Source of the DNA: Eledone cirrhosa
Lineage: Eukaryota
Assembly: GCA_964016885.1 (NCBI GenBank)
Contig: OZ024741.1
Location: forward strand, 82,956,001-83,020,000
Direction: 5' to 3'
DNA length: 64,000 nt
The notes beneath the pieces were generated by a model. That model saw nothing but the letters and a program-made list of their open reading frames with translations, made no database searches and was not told the origin of the DNA. Each line of letters begins with the position of its first letter. The stretch's first letter is position 1. Shown here one piece after another: positions 24,856 through 40,255 of this stretch. The position numbers were made by a program, and so were the translations under genes.

Positions 24856-25011
24856 TTATATTTATTAAAATAACAGATTAAAGTTTAAGCAAATAATCGC
24901 TGCTTTCAGCCTTAAAGGGATCTTCTGAAACTAACAAAGTCAATCTGTAAACGCAGAAGTGAATATTTCAAAAAACGTTGCAACCGGAGGAAGACAAGAA
25001 GACGATACTTT

Positions 25012-25282
25012 GGTTCGTGGAAACGTTCCCTGGCAAAGAACGGGAACAAACGAATATAATACGTCATTATTTGGAGCGGGGAAAAACAATTACACGCAAA
25101 GACAAAACCACGTTTATGGTATAAAGAAATCGTAGACTAATATTCTATTAGGTGGTTCATAGAGACGTTCTCTGGCAATGAACGGAAAAAACGAAGATAA
25201 TACGTCATATGTGGACCGGGTAGAACAATTGCACGCACAGACAAAACTACGTAAATAACTGAAGTCGTAGACTAAAGTTCTA
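25012..25282. repeat. Diverged tandem duplication, ~140 bp unit x2
   Basis: GGTTC.T.GA.ACGTTC.CTGGCAA.GAACGG...TAATACGTCAT...CACGCA.AGACAAAAC.ACGT...TCGTAGACTAA twice. Confidence 0.8.
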
Positions 25283-25537
25283 ACTAGGAAACGGAATGAT
25301 TCTCGGCTTCAGAATTAAGAAAAAAGTAAATAAAATACAGAGGTAATTGAAATTAAATAAATACATACACGCATGCAAATACGTATATACACAAGCATAC
25401 GCGAAAACACTCGCCATAGGTACACAAATACACGCACGTACACAAAAAAAAAATTTAAAAAAACGCACGCACTTACAAAACCCACGCAACGCCTGTACCC
25501 GCACACATACGAACGTATACACCAACTACACATAAAC

Positions 25538-25582
<45 letters not shown>

Positions 25583-25946
25583 CGTGTATACATATAATTA
25601 AATAAACGTATATAAATAAATAAATAAGTATATAACAAGCGCACACACATGCCTACATGTAAATACACATATGTTCGGAGACTTACGTCAACCAAAACAC
25701 AAAGTACACATATACACACACTCTACATACGTACGAACCTGCATACTCTCACAAACGCAAAACTCACGTATACGTATATATTTATATTTATGTACACATA
25801 GATATGCATATATATGTACATCCACACATGCATACATACATATATACATAAGCACATGTGGTGTAGTGGAAGGAGAAAGAGCATTGGAACGTTACACAAC
25901 TAAAGCATATTTATACACTATTATGCGTTCTCGGTGAAATTTTATT

Positions 25947-26001
<55 letters not shown>

Positions 26002-26623
26002 GTATGTGTGTATGTGCTTATATATATTAAAGATCTCTTTTTCTGAAACTCTGAAGTAAATATAAAATCATAATACTTACGCTTGTTTGCATCGGGCTTA
26101 CCCATAGTTTACGTGCACCAAATATTACTCTAGTCCGAGAGGCTACGGTAACTTAAAACAAATACCAAATGGTTGGAGCACGACCGGATCACCACCTCCA
26201 TTTAGTTAATACAAATATAATTCTGCATTTATAAACTTTCAAAATTACAAATTTGTTATTTAGGGATATGACGAAGTAATTGTTGGTAAAATATTATATT
26301 AACCCATATACATAAGAGTTTCTTTATTTTATAGACCACGAAAGGATGTACTGCAAATTTGACACTCATTCCTCTTACAAATTGTCTATATATTGCATAA
26401 ATATAAAACCTTTTTCGGTGTTGATCTCCACTTTTAAAATTAAATATCAAATACAAGTGAAACCATGTCGTGCTGAAACAATTGTATCTACACATATATA
26501 AATGTTAGTACAGCATTAACGAAGCTTTATGCTGCGGCTAAGCTAACGAATGCAAATTCGGAATGTAGCTTTAGTACTCTATAGAGTGTAATAACCCAGA
26601 TTAATAACAATACGTTTAGACAG

Positions 26624-26672
<49 letters not shown>

Positions 26673-27687
26673 GTGTACGTGCGTGTGTGTGTTTGTGTGC
26701 GCGTGTGCGTGTGTGTATGTATGTTTGTATGAATGTATATACATATTGCGCATAAGCCAAAATCCTGAATTGGTGGGATATACGGCGAACAAACAAAAAA
26801 TAAGTCAGTTTTACTTATATATTGTTCCCAACCGTGGATTCTGGAATTTTGAAACAGTATTTATTATTTCAATAGAATAAACAACCAATATTGGAAGAAT
26901 TTATCCGTCTTCAGGTTTAGCGGTAGTATATGTCCAAAACTGATTTCTTTTCGTCTAGCTTTTTGTTGGAGAACTTTCTCGCATTCCCCGGTGGCGATTG
27001 TCAAACTGAGATCAGGTTGTGCTGAGATGTGTGACTATATATAAGAGAGATTTGGATGTGTTTGGGATGTGGGGTGTGGTGTTAATGAGTATTGAATATT
27101 TGGAGGAATTAAAGCATACACACACACACACACGCATACACGCACGCACACACGCATATATATATATATACACTCAGAAAATGGTGGGGTTGCAAGATGA
27201 GTGTGTTTGAGAAGGTGGTTGTAAACATCCCCTCCTGCTAGTTTTATTTCATTGGCTGACCTTTGATGAGTATATAATGGCAGGGTGATTTTCGAATTCG
27301 TTTCTTATAGTTGAATCAACTTTCTTAAATTTATAAAGCATATCTTCTACAAATTTCTAAATCAAAGATGAATTTAGGTGCGTGTCTGGGTTTTAATGAG
27401 GTGTAAGATACATTTCTTTTGATAAGAATGGGATGACACTAAAAAGAGAAAAGAAGGATAGATTTGGAATATTTGTGTAAAATGTGATGTTGATATTGGT
27501 TTGGGAGAGGAAGTGTGTGTGAGGGGGGGACATACAAGCTCACATATTCACTTCCATATATGTAAATATATTTACAGTCCATATATATTACATACATACA
27601 CACACACATACACACACACATATATATACACACATACACACCCACACACATATATATACACATATATATACATATATACATATATAC

Positions 27688-27718
<31 letters not shown>

Positions 27719-28129
27719 CACACATATATATATATACACATATATATATATATACATATATAAATATATATATACACATATATATACATATATACACACA
27801 GATACATATATACACACACTCATGCATACGCATATATATACATATACACACACACATATACACCCACATATATATATGTGGGTGTATATACACATGCACA
27901 CCCCCACACATACATGTACGTATATAAGCATACACACACACATATATACACATATATATATATATATATATAATCATACACATATATATATATATACACA
28001 CACACACATATATAAAAACATATCTATACATACATATATGTACACACATCTACTCAAGTGTTTAAGTTCACATATACATTGGTGTGGAGAAGGGGAAATT
28101 ATTGAAATGTTATTGTACCTCTGAGGGTT

Positions 28130-29200
28130 TTTCTTCTCTTCAGCGATCGAATGTTTGAAAGTACGAGTTTCAGCAATTATTTTTCTTTTTCAATGTGAGA
28201 TTCTTTTCAAAGAAAAGAGAGGGGGAGAATCCCGTTACTTGAAGATGGAATATCACTTTTTTTGTGTTCAGTATTTTCAGTGTTTGTATTTTCTAATAAA
28301 GAATTCTTCTCTATATTTTCTGAAATGTTCGTTGTCCGACCATATCTTAAATAAGAGGAAATTGTGAAATTTCCCTTTCCGCATGTTGCGAAGTGTTCAC
28401 AGCAATGTGGTGTTTCTGACAGAGGGGTCTCTAATTTGTTGTTTATGTACTCGAACTGTGTCATGTAGACCCGTTACGGTTTCACCAATGTGTTATTCAT
28501 TACATTGTGGGCAGGTTGCACAGTAAATCAAGTTTTTGATTTTGCAATTCATGTTTCCATTAACTGTGAAAGACTGGTTGTTTTTAAAGGAGATTTGTCC
28601 GCCCTTTTCAATGTGCTCGCAAGTTCCGCATCGAGGGTCCCCGCATTTCTTAACTTGCATTGCTTCATTATTAGACGTAAATTTTGCCTTGGTAAGCAGT
28701 TTCTTTAGGTTGGGTGCTTGGCGTCTACTATATATAATGTGTGCGTCTTTTATGAGTGCATTCATTTTAGGGGACTACTGGAGAATCGGGAAATATAGTT
28801 TGGCAGCTTTCACAATGTTGAAGTTCCTTGGATTGTGAGGTGATGACAAAAGGGATAACTGTTTTTTCCATTCTATTTTGTTGCTTTGTTTTTTGTCAGT
28901 TGTCACTGGGGTGTTCTGGGCTTTGGAGATGGCTGTGTTGATGAGGTTCACCGGATATTCTTGTCTTTTAAGGAACTCTTTTAATTCATATAATCTGTTT
29001 TCCTGTAGTGTGGGGTGTGTTACTATGGTGCAGCTACGTCTTGCCATGTTAAAAGGAATGTTCATTTTGGTATCTGATGGGTGTGCTGAACGGAAATTCA
29101 AGTATTGGTGTGTGTCTGTTGGTTTGTAAAATAAGTCCGTTTGATATTTTCCCCTTCCTTAATGATAAGGATATCCAGAAACGGTAATTCATTTTAATTA
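28130..29200 (-). mobile_element. Decayed Penelope-like element (RT thumb, linker, GIY-YIG)
   Basis: SAHP..TK.NIPFNMARR..TIV, HNPRN, RRQAPNLKKLL, CGDPRCGTC, NCKIKNLIYCATCPQCN, REEFFIRKY. Confidence 0.85.
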
Positions 29201-29239
29201 CATTCCACAGTTCCTTTACCGGATGGCATGCTTTGAATT

Positions 29240-31430
29240 CCAGACATATGAACAACCCAAATAAAAATACGGATTGAACTTCCACAAATATTTATAAGAG
29301 AATTGGAATGGCTACTTGGATGATTGCCTTATTCTTTTGTCTCACACACTCGACCAACTAAATGATTTCAAACAATTAATTACCGGCATCAGTAACCACA
29401 TCCAATTCACAATGGAATACAGCCAAGATCAACTCCAATTTCTGGGCATCTTAATCATAAAAAAAGACACTACAAACCAACAGATTCCAAACAATACCTG
29501 CTATTCACCTCCAACCATCCAAAGCACACGAAGACGAACATCTCTTTTAACATAGCAAGAATAATTTGTACAATTGTCTCCAATTATGAAACGCGAAATA
29601 AAAGACTTCAAGAATTAAAGGAAATTCTGCTCGAAAGACAGTACACACCATTACTAATAAATAATGGAATAGAAAGGGCTAAAACAATAGGCATTGAGGA
29701 ATTACGAAAACAGAAACAAATTCAAGGTTCGTCCAATATTCTATCATATATCTCAACACACAACCCAAGAAATGCGGAAACATACAACATTATTCACAAG
29801 AACATCCCACTATTGAAATAAACCCAAGAAACGACCTTGAAACACACAAAATAATCAAAAGCAATAGACAACGTAAATCACTAAAAACATTACTTAGCAA
29901 TGCCAAATTACCTACCACAAATCCACAACTAACTATCAAAAAATGTGGTCGCTCTAATTGTGGACCATGCACTCACCTCTTTGAAGGCACCATGTATACA
30001 TTTCATTCAGGACAACATTTTGTTTTAAAAAATCACTTTACTTGCTCATCAAAAAATTTGCTTTATGCCATTAAATGTAAAGGATGCAATGAAGATTATA
30101 TAGGGCAAACTAAACTCAAACTCAGAAACAGAATGACAATTCATCGCCAACAATTACGAGATCCTACAACAAGACAGATATCACTCAGTGCACATCTAGA
30201 TATATGTACAAGCGATACAAAACCCAAATTCCAAGTCTTCCCACTTTATCTTTGCGCTGACAGTGCAACAGAACAAATACGAATAAATAAGGAAAATATG
30301 TTTATTGAAAAATATAGCGCAGCATTAAATATATTTTAATATACATTATGTTAACGCCATTACAGGCTAACCATCCAAACAGACACATACATACACACAC
30401 ACATAACACCTATATTCCAAAATAAAAGCTAGAGCTAAATAAACCTTAACGTACGTTAATACTCTAACAACTTAACATGCTAAACATACCCCCACACACA
30501 CATAACTCCCTCCCCCATTTCTACTAACGGAATCATTTTCCTACACACACACACAAATATATATATTCTCTCCAGCTTAACATGCGAACCATAGTCCCAC
30601 ACACACGTACACACACATATAACACCCATACACACACACATAACTCCCACCCCATTTCTACCAATAGAATAATTTTCCTACACACACACATCAGCACACA
30701 AATAAAAATATATATCACTACTTTCTTTATTTCAATAGAATGTCTGAATTTTGACACCTCAGCACATCAGCCATTCTCCCTGAACCAGAACAATTCTCCC
30801 ATCCCTTTTTTCTTGATCATTATCTGTTGTTTGGCACACAATTCTCTAAATGGCTAGAAAGAATTCCAAAATACGGGCACGAAATTTAATGTACTTATTC
30901 ATCAAATTACATTTATAAAAAAACTTTTTTGAGCCAAGTTTTAAGTGAAAAGAAACCTCAACACGAACTGGCGCGAAAGTTGATGTGCTTATTCACGTGA
31001 CTGCATCAACAAACCAAATTTCGCTCATATAAGAAAAAAACAATCTGTCCCTTCTTTTTCTTACAGGCAAATATAATAAGAACTTTGTAACGCAAACTGG
31101 CGCGAAATTTATTATACTTATTCATGTGACAGTCATCAACCCACCAAATTACTTTTCTAAAAAAACCTAGCATTTCGAGCCACTTTTTTCCACATAAAAC
31201 AGAAGTAACATTCGAACACCAACCAGATGCGAGAAAAACCACAAACCCTTCATATCAATTCTACTTTTGAAAAGCATAAGAAATGCGAAACCAGTAATGG
31301 AACAAAATAAATATTCTTAAAAAGACTTCAGTTGCATTTTCGATTTCATCATCCTTTTTACTTATACTTTCACTTGTGTAGGACATCTCGTTTTTTCTTT
31401 CATTTTGGAAAAAGAAAACTCATTTTCTAA
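29240..31430 (+). mobile_element. 5'-truncated Penelope-like element (RT end, GIY-YIG, family B terminal repeat with HHR)
   Basis: W..YLDDC, IQFTME..QLQFL.ILI, CGRSNCGPC, FTCSSKNLLYAIKCKGCNEDYIGQT..LRNRM..H; ends in (TA)n. Confidence 0.88.
29992..30339 (+). pseudogene. GIY-YIG endonuclease domain of PLE (open fragment)
   Basis: LLY...YIGQT, R...H and E..FI..Y...LN motifs with Cys/His residues; upstream RT is frameshifted. Confidence 0.85.
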
Positions 31431-31444
31431 TATATATATATAAA

Positions 31445-31665
31445 TGGAATAGAATGAAACGAAATTTAATTTCTCACTCTTAGCACGGCACTGACTTAAA
31501 TGTAAATATGTATGTATACGTACATACATATATGTATACAGACGTACTGTAGTATGTATATATATACATACATGCACACATATATATATATATGCACGTA
31601 TCGGTTTACCAAACATTTATTATAATGCTCGGTTTGTTTGTTTGTAAACAAACAACTCCTCCTGT
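31445..31665 (-). mobile_element. Family E 3' fragment
   Basis: Reverse complement of 12330-12527. Confidence 0.75.
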
Positions 31666-31676
31666 TTGCTGACATC

Positions 31677-32082
31677 ATGGATGTTTGGTTCTTATAGAAT
31701 TCTAGTAAATAATGAGGAACTGATTATACAGAGCGGTTGCCGGTCAAGCAGAAATTTAAAATTAGAATTGGTGCTCTGAAATAGCTATATATATATGCAT
31801 GTATATATAGTGTATTTTGCAATACACTGTATGCTTAATTAAAAGCATTTCGAAGACCTTATGCTATTGTTTTAGAGTAGTGACAGTCTCACTTACTTTA
31901 AATTTTCAGCAAACAGGGGAGATAAAGCTGACAGAGCTCTGCTTCGTACTGATTGGTACATATCAAATCCAAGTACTCCACCTGTTTGCTCAAAATCATG
32001 AATGTTTGATTCTTATAGAATTCTAGTAATAATCACGAACTGGTTATACAGAGCGGTTGCGGGTCAGGGAGAAATTGAAAAG
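31677..32082. repeat. Element with ~85 bp diverged direct repeats (31677-31760, 31997-32082) ending at (TA)n
   Basis: CATG.ATGTTTG.TTCTTATAGAATTCTAGTAA...GAACTG.TTATACAGAGCGGTTGC.GGTCA twice. Confidence 0.75.
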
Positions 32083-32610
<528 letters not shown>

Positions 32611-33984
32611 TACGTCATTTTTATTTCTCTCTCTATATATATATAGTAATAACAATAATAAAAATCCAAAGAGGACTCGGAAAGATTTGTAGAGAGAATA
32701 TTTTCATTAGTACATATTCAAACTTTAAGCAAAACATTTCATCAGCTTATTGTCCATACGATTCGTGTTATACAGTTTATTCTTACATGCTGTGATTGCC
32801 ATAGAATTTTTTTTTTAGTTCGTTCGTTGGCTTAAAGGATTCCCAGGGCTTCAGCAGCACAAAGATTATGCGGTATTTTATTTCCGCTTTAGCTAAGCTT
32901 TCCAGCGTAATCTATATCGGATGTTATTCTATTTTAAATTCCAGATATAGGCTGAAAGTGATGCCATATTCCTTCTTAAAGGGTTTCGAAATGAATAAGA
33001 ATGCATGTATATACACGGCTTATAGCTAATATGATATTCTTAATGTGTTTCTATTAAAAATCTTGTCATATATATGTGCTAAGTGTAAATTAAGAAAGTC
33101 TTTAGCTATTATGTATTCATTTCCATATTATATGGTGGATTATACCATTAATCTATGTTGCTCTATTTTGGTTTTTGCTTGTACTTAGTGTATTCTAATT
33201 TATCTAGAAATCCGCTCCAAGCTAGAGTTTCATTGTAATATGTTGATAAATGTAATATGCTGATAAATGAGAATGCCTCAATGACATGTTTTGACCAGAT
33301 ATTTAGTTATACTGGCTGGATTGTTAGAATACTTAAAAATTGAAAGTGTAATTTGACTTTCTATACGGATAGTACATGTCTTCCAAGGAAATTCATTACA
33401 GATATGTTGGTCACAACTTCAATGGAATGGTAAAACGTATTTTAAGAAATTGATTAGTTATTTTCTAAACGTATCAATAGCCTGGGGACCGCAAACGACC
33501 ATCATCACCTTAGAAACCCTCGCCAATATTAGGGAATTCATCCTTGATGGAAAATAAATTATTCCACAAGGCTTAAAGGGACCATATCTGAAATTTTGTG
33601 TAAAATCATCTCTCAACTACTTTTACTAAGCCTACCTAAATTATAATTAGCAGGGGTATGAGCCGAATTGATAGGTTGTTATCAATTTTGTTTAATGCTT
33701 CTTCGGAGTAAAATGGGGAGAAAAGTGTTCAGAGGTTCAGTCCAGTTCTGGATATTAAGTTCCGATGTGAAATTACGCCAGCGTTCGAAACATCTGAGGC
33801 AACTTCAGCTTGTAAGCCTATTCTGTATGAGATAACTTTGTATTGAAGCCAAAAACTACAGTATGGAAATTATGCTAATGATACATGTCATTATATGGTA
33901 GCTAAGACCAATCTAATTCTATATTCAATTTATATATATATATATGCGTGTATATACATAGAGAGAGACAGACAGAGAAAAGAA

Positions 33985-34155
33985 AACATCTTACACATAT
34001 CGCTAATGGGTCGATAAAATATTGTTCCCTGGGGATATATAAAATCTCAAGCAACTTAAATATAAGGAGGCTCCTTATATTTAAGTTGCTTAAGATTTTC
34101 TATATCCCCAGGGAACGATATTTTATCGATCTGTTAGTGATATTTATGAGATGTT
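33985..34155. repeat. Diverged palindrome centred at 34070
   Basis: GTTCCCTGGGGATATA...AGCAACTTAAATATAAGGAG-G-CTCCTTATATTTAAGTTGCT...TATATCCCCAGGGAAC. Confidence 0.9.
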
Positions 34156-34329
34156 CTATATATGTTTGCTTCTCTGAATAAGTTGTCTTAAATATGTCTT
34201 TTGATTGAGATGTTATGTTTGTTCGTCACGAATTTTTTATTGTGTATGATATATATATATATACATGTATATATATGTGTGTGTGCGTGTGTGTATGTGT
34301 ATGTATATATGTATATATATATATATATG

Positions 34330-34389
<60 letters not shown>

Positions 34390-34949
34390 TTATATATAAT
34401 GTATGTAGGTGTATGCACATATATATGTACGTACGCATGTATATTGCACGTATATACGTATGTGTGTGTGTGTGTACATTGCTGAGCACACAAGCAAATG
34501 CACGTGCACATATACATATGTACATGTGTATATACATTTTATACCGTACATCTTCCTTTACGCATACATCCATAACGTCCAGTGCATACTTATATATGAG
34601 CCTAAATCCGAAAACATTACTATTAATATTTACATTATTATTACTTTTACTATTATCAATACCCCTAGTACTACTATTAACGTCGTTTTCCATATACGGT
34701 AGCGGGAAATTATTCGGCTGCTCTAAAAAGTTTTTTAATGAAAATCATGATAGCAGGAAGTCTCCTTTATTTAGCTCCCTCTAAATTTCTCCTTAGCATC
34801 AGGATATATCTGTTGTTTGATCTTCCCTATCTGAAGCCGTTCTTGTTGTCTCTGAGCTTCTCTTCCATCTTGGACTGGACCATTTTTTTAGACCAAGGCC
34901 ATAGGATCCACGGTACTTGGTGGCACAAACCGATTTCGAAAAAGCGAAA

Positions 34950-37006
34950 ATAATCAATCTTTACATACAAACTTAACAACCCAACACATTACAATTCTCT
35001 CAAAATGACTGATATTCACACCAATACCACAATGCTCTAACCGCAATGGTATAAAAGATGATATTTCACATAGTAGAATATTAAGTCTAACAGGAATTCT
35101 TTTGCTAAGGAGAATAGTGATGAATCAATTGTACGGAATAAAAGCAGCCCATCAAAGGGCAGGAATAGAGCTTTGGACAAATTTTGTGACCACATATCAA
35201 CATTCCAATACCATGAACTACCACAGCCTACACCCATACCCAACACGAGTGGACGGTAATGGGAGATTATCCATGAATTAAAACATGCTGACATTGTAAT
35301 TAAGGATCGGATAAGGGAAACACTGTCGTCATTATGGATGAACATTATAAACATTCAGCAATAAGAAACGATGACCATATTAAACGCATTCATTTGTCAA
35401 TACCAGAAATACTTAACTAAAAAAGGAACACATTTTGAATGCTAAACCAGTACCTTTAAGGTGCTCCGTAGATCCACAAGTGTAAAACAATTAACGATGC
35501 CTGTAAAGAATCCTCAACCTCGTAGACATACAACACCCCATTGACCTCCCTAAACATGTCCACAACGACACTATTATTGTGTATTTCGATGTCGTGAAAC
35601 TCTACACGATGATCCCATAACAATACGGACTAGAAGAAATAGGATTATGGCTAGTAAAATACCCCAATGAAATCTCGGAAAGAATAGTAAAAAGCTTCAT
35701 CACTGAAGGATTGATTTTACAAAACAACTTTTTTTTATTTTGATGGCAACACTTCGAAACAAATATCGGGGACTGCTATGGCTACAAAGTCGCTCCAACT
35801 TACACTAACTTAGTCATGGCATACATGGAAGTCCAGATATATGAACATTCCAAATGAAAATACGGCTTGAACTACCACAAATATTTGTCAGAGAATTGGA
35901 AACGATACTTGGGGGACTGCCTTATTCTAATGTTTCATACACTCGACCAACTAAATAAATTCGAAAATATAATTAACAGCATCAATACCCATAACCGATT
36001 CACAATGAAATACAGTAAAGACCAACTCCCATTTCTGGACATCTTAATCATAAAAAAGGACACACATATTGAAACTGACATCCATTACAAAGCAACAGAT
36101 TCGAAACAATACCTGCTATTCACCTCCAACTATCCAAAGTATACGAAGACGAACATTCCTTTTCATCTAGCAAGAAAAATTTGATGAATTGTCTACAATT
36201 ATGACACGCGGAGTAAAAGACTTCAAGAATTAAAGAAAATTCTGCTCGAAAGACAGTAGTCGCCGTTATTAATAGATAATGGAATAGAAAGGGGTAAATC
36301 AGTTGACATTGAAGAATTACGAAACGAACTGAAGGTGCATCCAATATTATATCATATATCTCAACACACAACCCAAGAAATGCGGAAGCATCCAACATTA
36401 TTCTCAAGAAATCCACTATTAAAACAAGACCCAAGAATGAAAAAAACACTTACAAATACACAAAACAATCAAAAGCAAAAGTCAACGTAAATTACCTAAA
36501 ACATTACTCACCAATGACAAATTACCCACCACAAACCCCAAACCAACTGTCAAGCAATGTGTTCGCTCTAACTGAGAAACTTGCACACGTATATTGAAGG
36601 CACACTTCAATCAAGACAAAATGTTGTTGTAAAAAATCGTTTCACTTGCTCATCAAAAAATGTAATTCATGCCATTACATGTAAAGGATGTAATGAAGAT
36701 TATATAGGGAAAACTAAACTCATCCTCAGAAAAAGTATTCATCACCAACAATTGTGAGACGCTACCACAGGACAGATACCTCTCAGTGGACATCGAGATA
36801 AATATTCAAACAATAGACACCCAAATTTCGAGTCTTCCCACTTGTTAAGATCACCAGGTAACAAAACAACAAACCAAAGAGGATTAAATAAGGGAAATAT
36901 GTTTATTCCAAAATATAGATCAGCATTAAATATAGTTTAATATACGTTAATATGTTAACACCACAAATGCTAACCATCCACACACACGCACACACACACA
37001 CACACA

Positions 37007-37055
<49 letters not shown>

Positions 37056-37975
37056 ACACATACACACACATACACCCACACACACACACACACACACACA
37101 CCCACACACACAGATAACATGCTTCTCTATATTCGAAAATAAAAGACCAGAGCTAATTATACATACGTTAATATTTTAACACCATAACCTGCTAACCATA
37201 CCCCCCAACCCATACATACATACAAACACACATAACACCTTTCTCCATTTCTACTAATAGAATCATTTTTATTTCTATTATCAAACACGCCCACCCACAC
37301 AGACCCGCACACAAATAAACATATATTTCTCCTTTGTCCCTTGCCACCACCATCGCCGCTGCACCACTATCTACACAAATATTCAATTAATTACAGTAGA
37401 AATTCTGAATTTTGACACCTCCGCGCGACATCCGCCATACTCACTGAACCAGAACTATCCCCCCGTCCCTTTTCTTGACCATTATCTTTTATTTAGCACA
37501 AAACTTTCTATGACAAATGATCCTTTTCTGGCACCTATACTATATGACCAATCATGTGACTGTGTAAATGGCAATAAAGAACCATCAAACACAAACTGGC
37601 GCGAAATTTGATGTACTTATTCACGTGACAGTCATCAACCAACCAAATTACACTCATTAAAAAACAACAATATGAGCCACAATTCATAATGCAAAAACAA
37701 TAAGAAATGTGGAACACGAACTGCCGCGAAATTTATTGTAATTATTCACGTGACAGTCATCAACCAACCAAATTACTTTTAAAAAGCACCAGAAATTCGA
37801 ACCACTCATTCCACATAAAACCGAAAGAACGTTCGAACACCAACCAGATGCGAGAGAAACCACAACCGTCCATCTCTATTCTACTTTTGAAAAGCATAAG
37901 AACTGTGAAACCGGTAAAATAGATAAATAAATATTCTTAAAAAGAATCCCGTTGCAATTTCGATTTCTTTTCCTT
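34950..37975 (+). mobile_element. Long decayed Penelope-like element (RT, GIY-YIG, family B terminal repeat)
   Basis: FDVVKLYT.IP, GTAM, APTYTNLVMAYME, WKRYLGDC, FTMKYSKDQLPFLDILI, TDIHYKATDSKQYL, FTCSSKNVIHAITCKGCNEDYIG; same family as 29240 copy. Confidence 0.88.
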
Positions 37976-38021
37976 ACATACATTACATCAATGTATTAAA
38001 AAAATGGGTGCACACACTAAT

Positions 38022-38052
<31 letters not shown>

Positions 38053-38212
38053 GGAACATGTTTAACAACGATGACAGAGCTCAAGCCGTTTCGACGGCTT
38101 GAGTTCTGGTGTCGGGGTTAAACATGTTTCTATTACCCACTCTACTACCCTAAGTATTGAGTACTCTGGTGCGTTATGGTCCATCTGGTTCCTCACCACA
38201 CATCCTTGGTTA
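38053..38212. mobile_element. Family A fold-back copy, diverged
   Basis: GACAGAGCTCAAGCCGTTTCGACGGCTTGAGTTCTG...GTATTGAGTACTCTGGTGCGTTATGGTCCATCTGG; TA-flanked. Confidence 0.8.
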
Positions 38213-38554
38213 TATATATATATTTATATATAATATATGTATATATTTGTGTATGTGTGTATAATCAAAAAGTTTTCATCTAAGTTGTTTTCAGCTCATG
38301 GCTATAAATCATTTAAACTAATTCAATGTCATGAAGAATGATAGGAGTAGCCTTGTTATATGACAATAATGAAATTACCTGGTGATCTTAACAAGGACTT
38401 ACATGTTCCCCGAGGCATTTTTTTATTTTGGAAAGTTAAGCTTCTTTTGTTTGATCTGGAGAACATCCTTCTTTGTTTATGTAACATATTTTTTTTTATT
38501 ATTCAACCGTAATGTATCAACATTAGAACATATTCTATAGTATTCTGAATAACA

Positions 38555-38770
38555 GGGCGGTGGATTAGAGGTCTTGGTACGTCATCAGGTGTTATGATTG
38601 GTGATATTTAGTGACGATTTTATACGTTTTGAGTTCAAATTCGAGTGAGAACTCTTTTTACATTTCATCCTTCTGGTGTCAATAAGATAAAGATACTAGA
38701 TCAATACGATCGACGTTGCCATTTTTCCAAAATTGCTGGCCTTGTGCCCGTATTAAAAATACTTATACAG
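38555..38770 (+). mobile_element. Diverged SINE
   Basis: GAGTTCAAATTCG...CATCCTTCTGGTGTCAATAAGATAAAG...AAATTGCTGGCCTTGTGCC. Confidence 0.65.
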
Positions 38771-39184
38771 AATCATAAATATATTAACGTGAGATCACAT
38801 CTTAGAAACAATACTTTCATATTGTTTAAAGTTTTACATAAGAGTACGATTCAGTTTCAGAAATATGTACTTTGTTCACAAATATAAACCTGTATTCATC
38901 ATCATTTCAACCTATTTTAACCTACAATAAATATTAATGTAATAATTTCAAACAAACTTTTCAAAAGTAGCATTTTTATTCAATATGAAATTTTAATTCT
39001 GAATATAACCGATGCTTTTATTAGATGTACTTTGTCAAATTTGACAAGAATCTTAAAAATAAATAGTACAAATAAAACCAACAAACCCCACAAAGTAACA
39101 ATATTGAGAAATTAAAATCTAGGAATAGAGCTGCATTTATTAACAAAAAAATTTCAGTAGGAAGACACATAATTATATCAAGTG

Positions 39185-39185
<1 letters not shown>

Positions 39186-39259
<74 letters not shown>

Positions 39260-39280
39260 GTTATTATTATTATTATTATT
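39186..39280. repeat. (ATT)n microsatellite
   Basis: Direct reading. Confidence 0.97.
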
Positions 39281-39737
39281 TGCATTCTGTTCCTCCAATA
39301 TAATTTAGATGAAACAAAAGGCCTATTGCATACAAATTATTAAATTTTCCGTCAGGTATTTTTATTCAACATTTATGTTTATTTTAGAATCTATAAAATT
39401 TTAATTAATTTATTTCAAGTTGTGCGAAAAGGAAAGTAGAGGCGAATGAACAAAATACAACAAATAAACAAAAATATAAAAATATAAATAAATTTAAGAT
39501 AACAACAAATACAAGATAAAGCAAAAATATTGCTCAAAGAACAATAACCATAACAAAAATAAAAAATAAAATAATGAAATAAATGTACAAATATATCCCT
39601 CAACATCTTTCCTCGTGTAATATAAAGGTTTTATATCTTATATATCTTTCAATATAGAAACCTGTATGATTGACTTATTCATTTATTACAAATTTATGAC
39701 AGACAATACATGTAAGTATGTATGTTTGTGGCAAGGT

Positions 39738-40255
<518 letters not shown>

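Noticed and set aside
24885-24945. Minus-strand CAGAAGA...GAAAG hammerhead-like motif
   Set aside because: Core U4 missing and helices I and III do not pair convincingly.
31815-31910. Minus-strand GAAAUGCUU...AAGCAUA resembling helix III
   Set aside because: No matching 5' core with a paired helix I could be placed.
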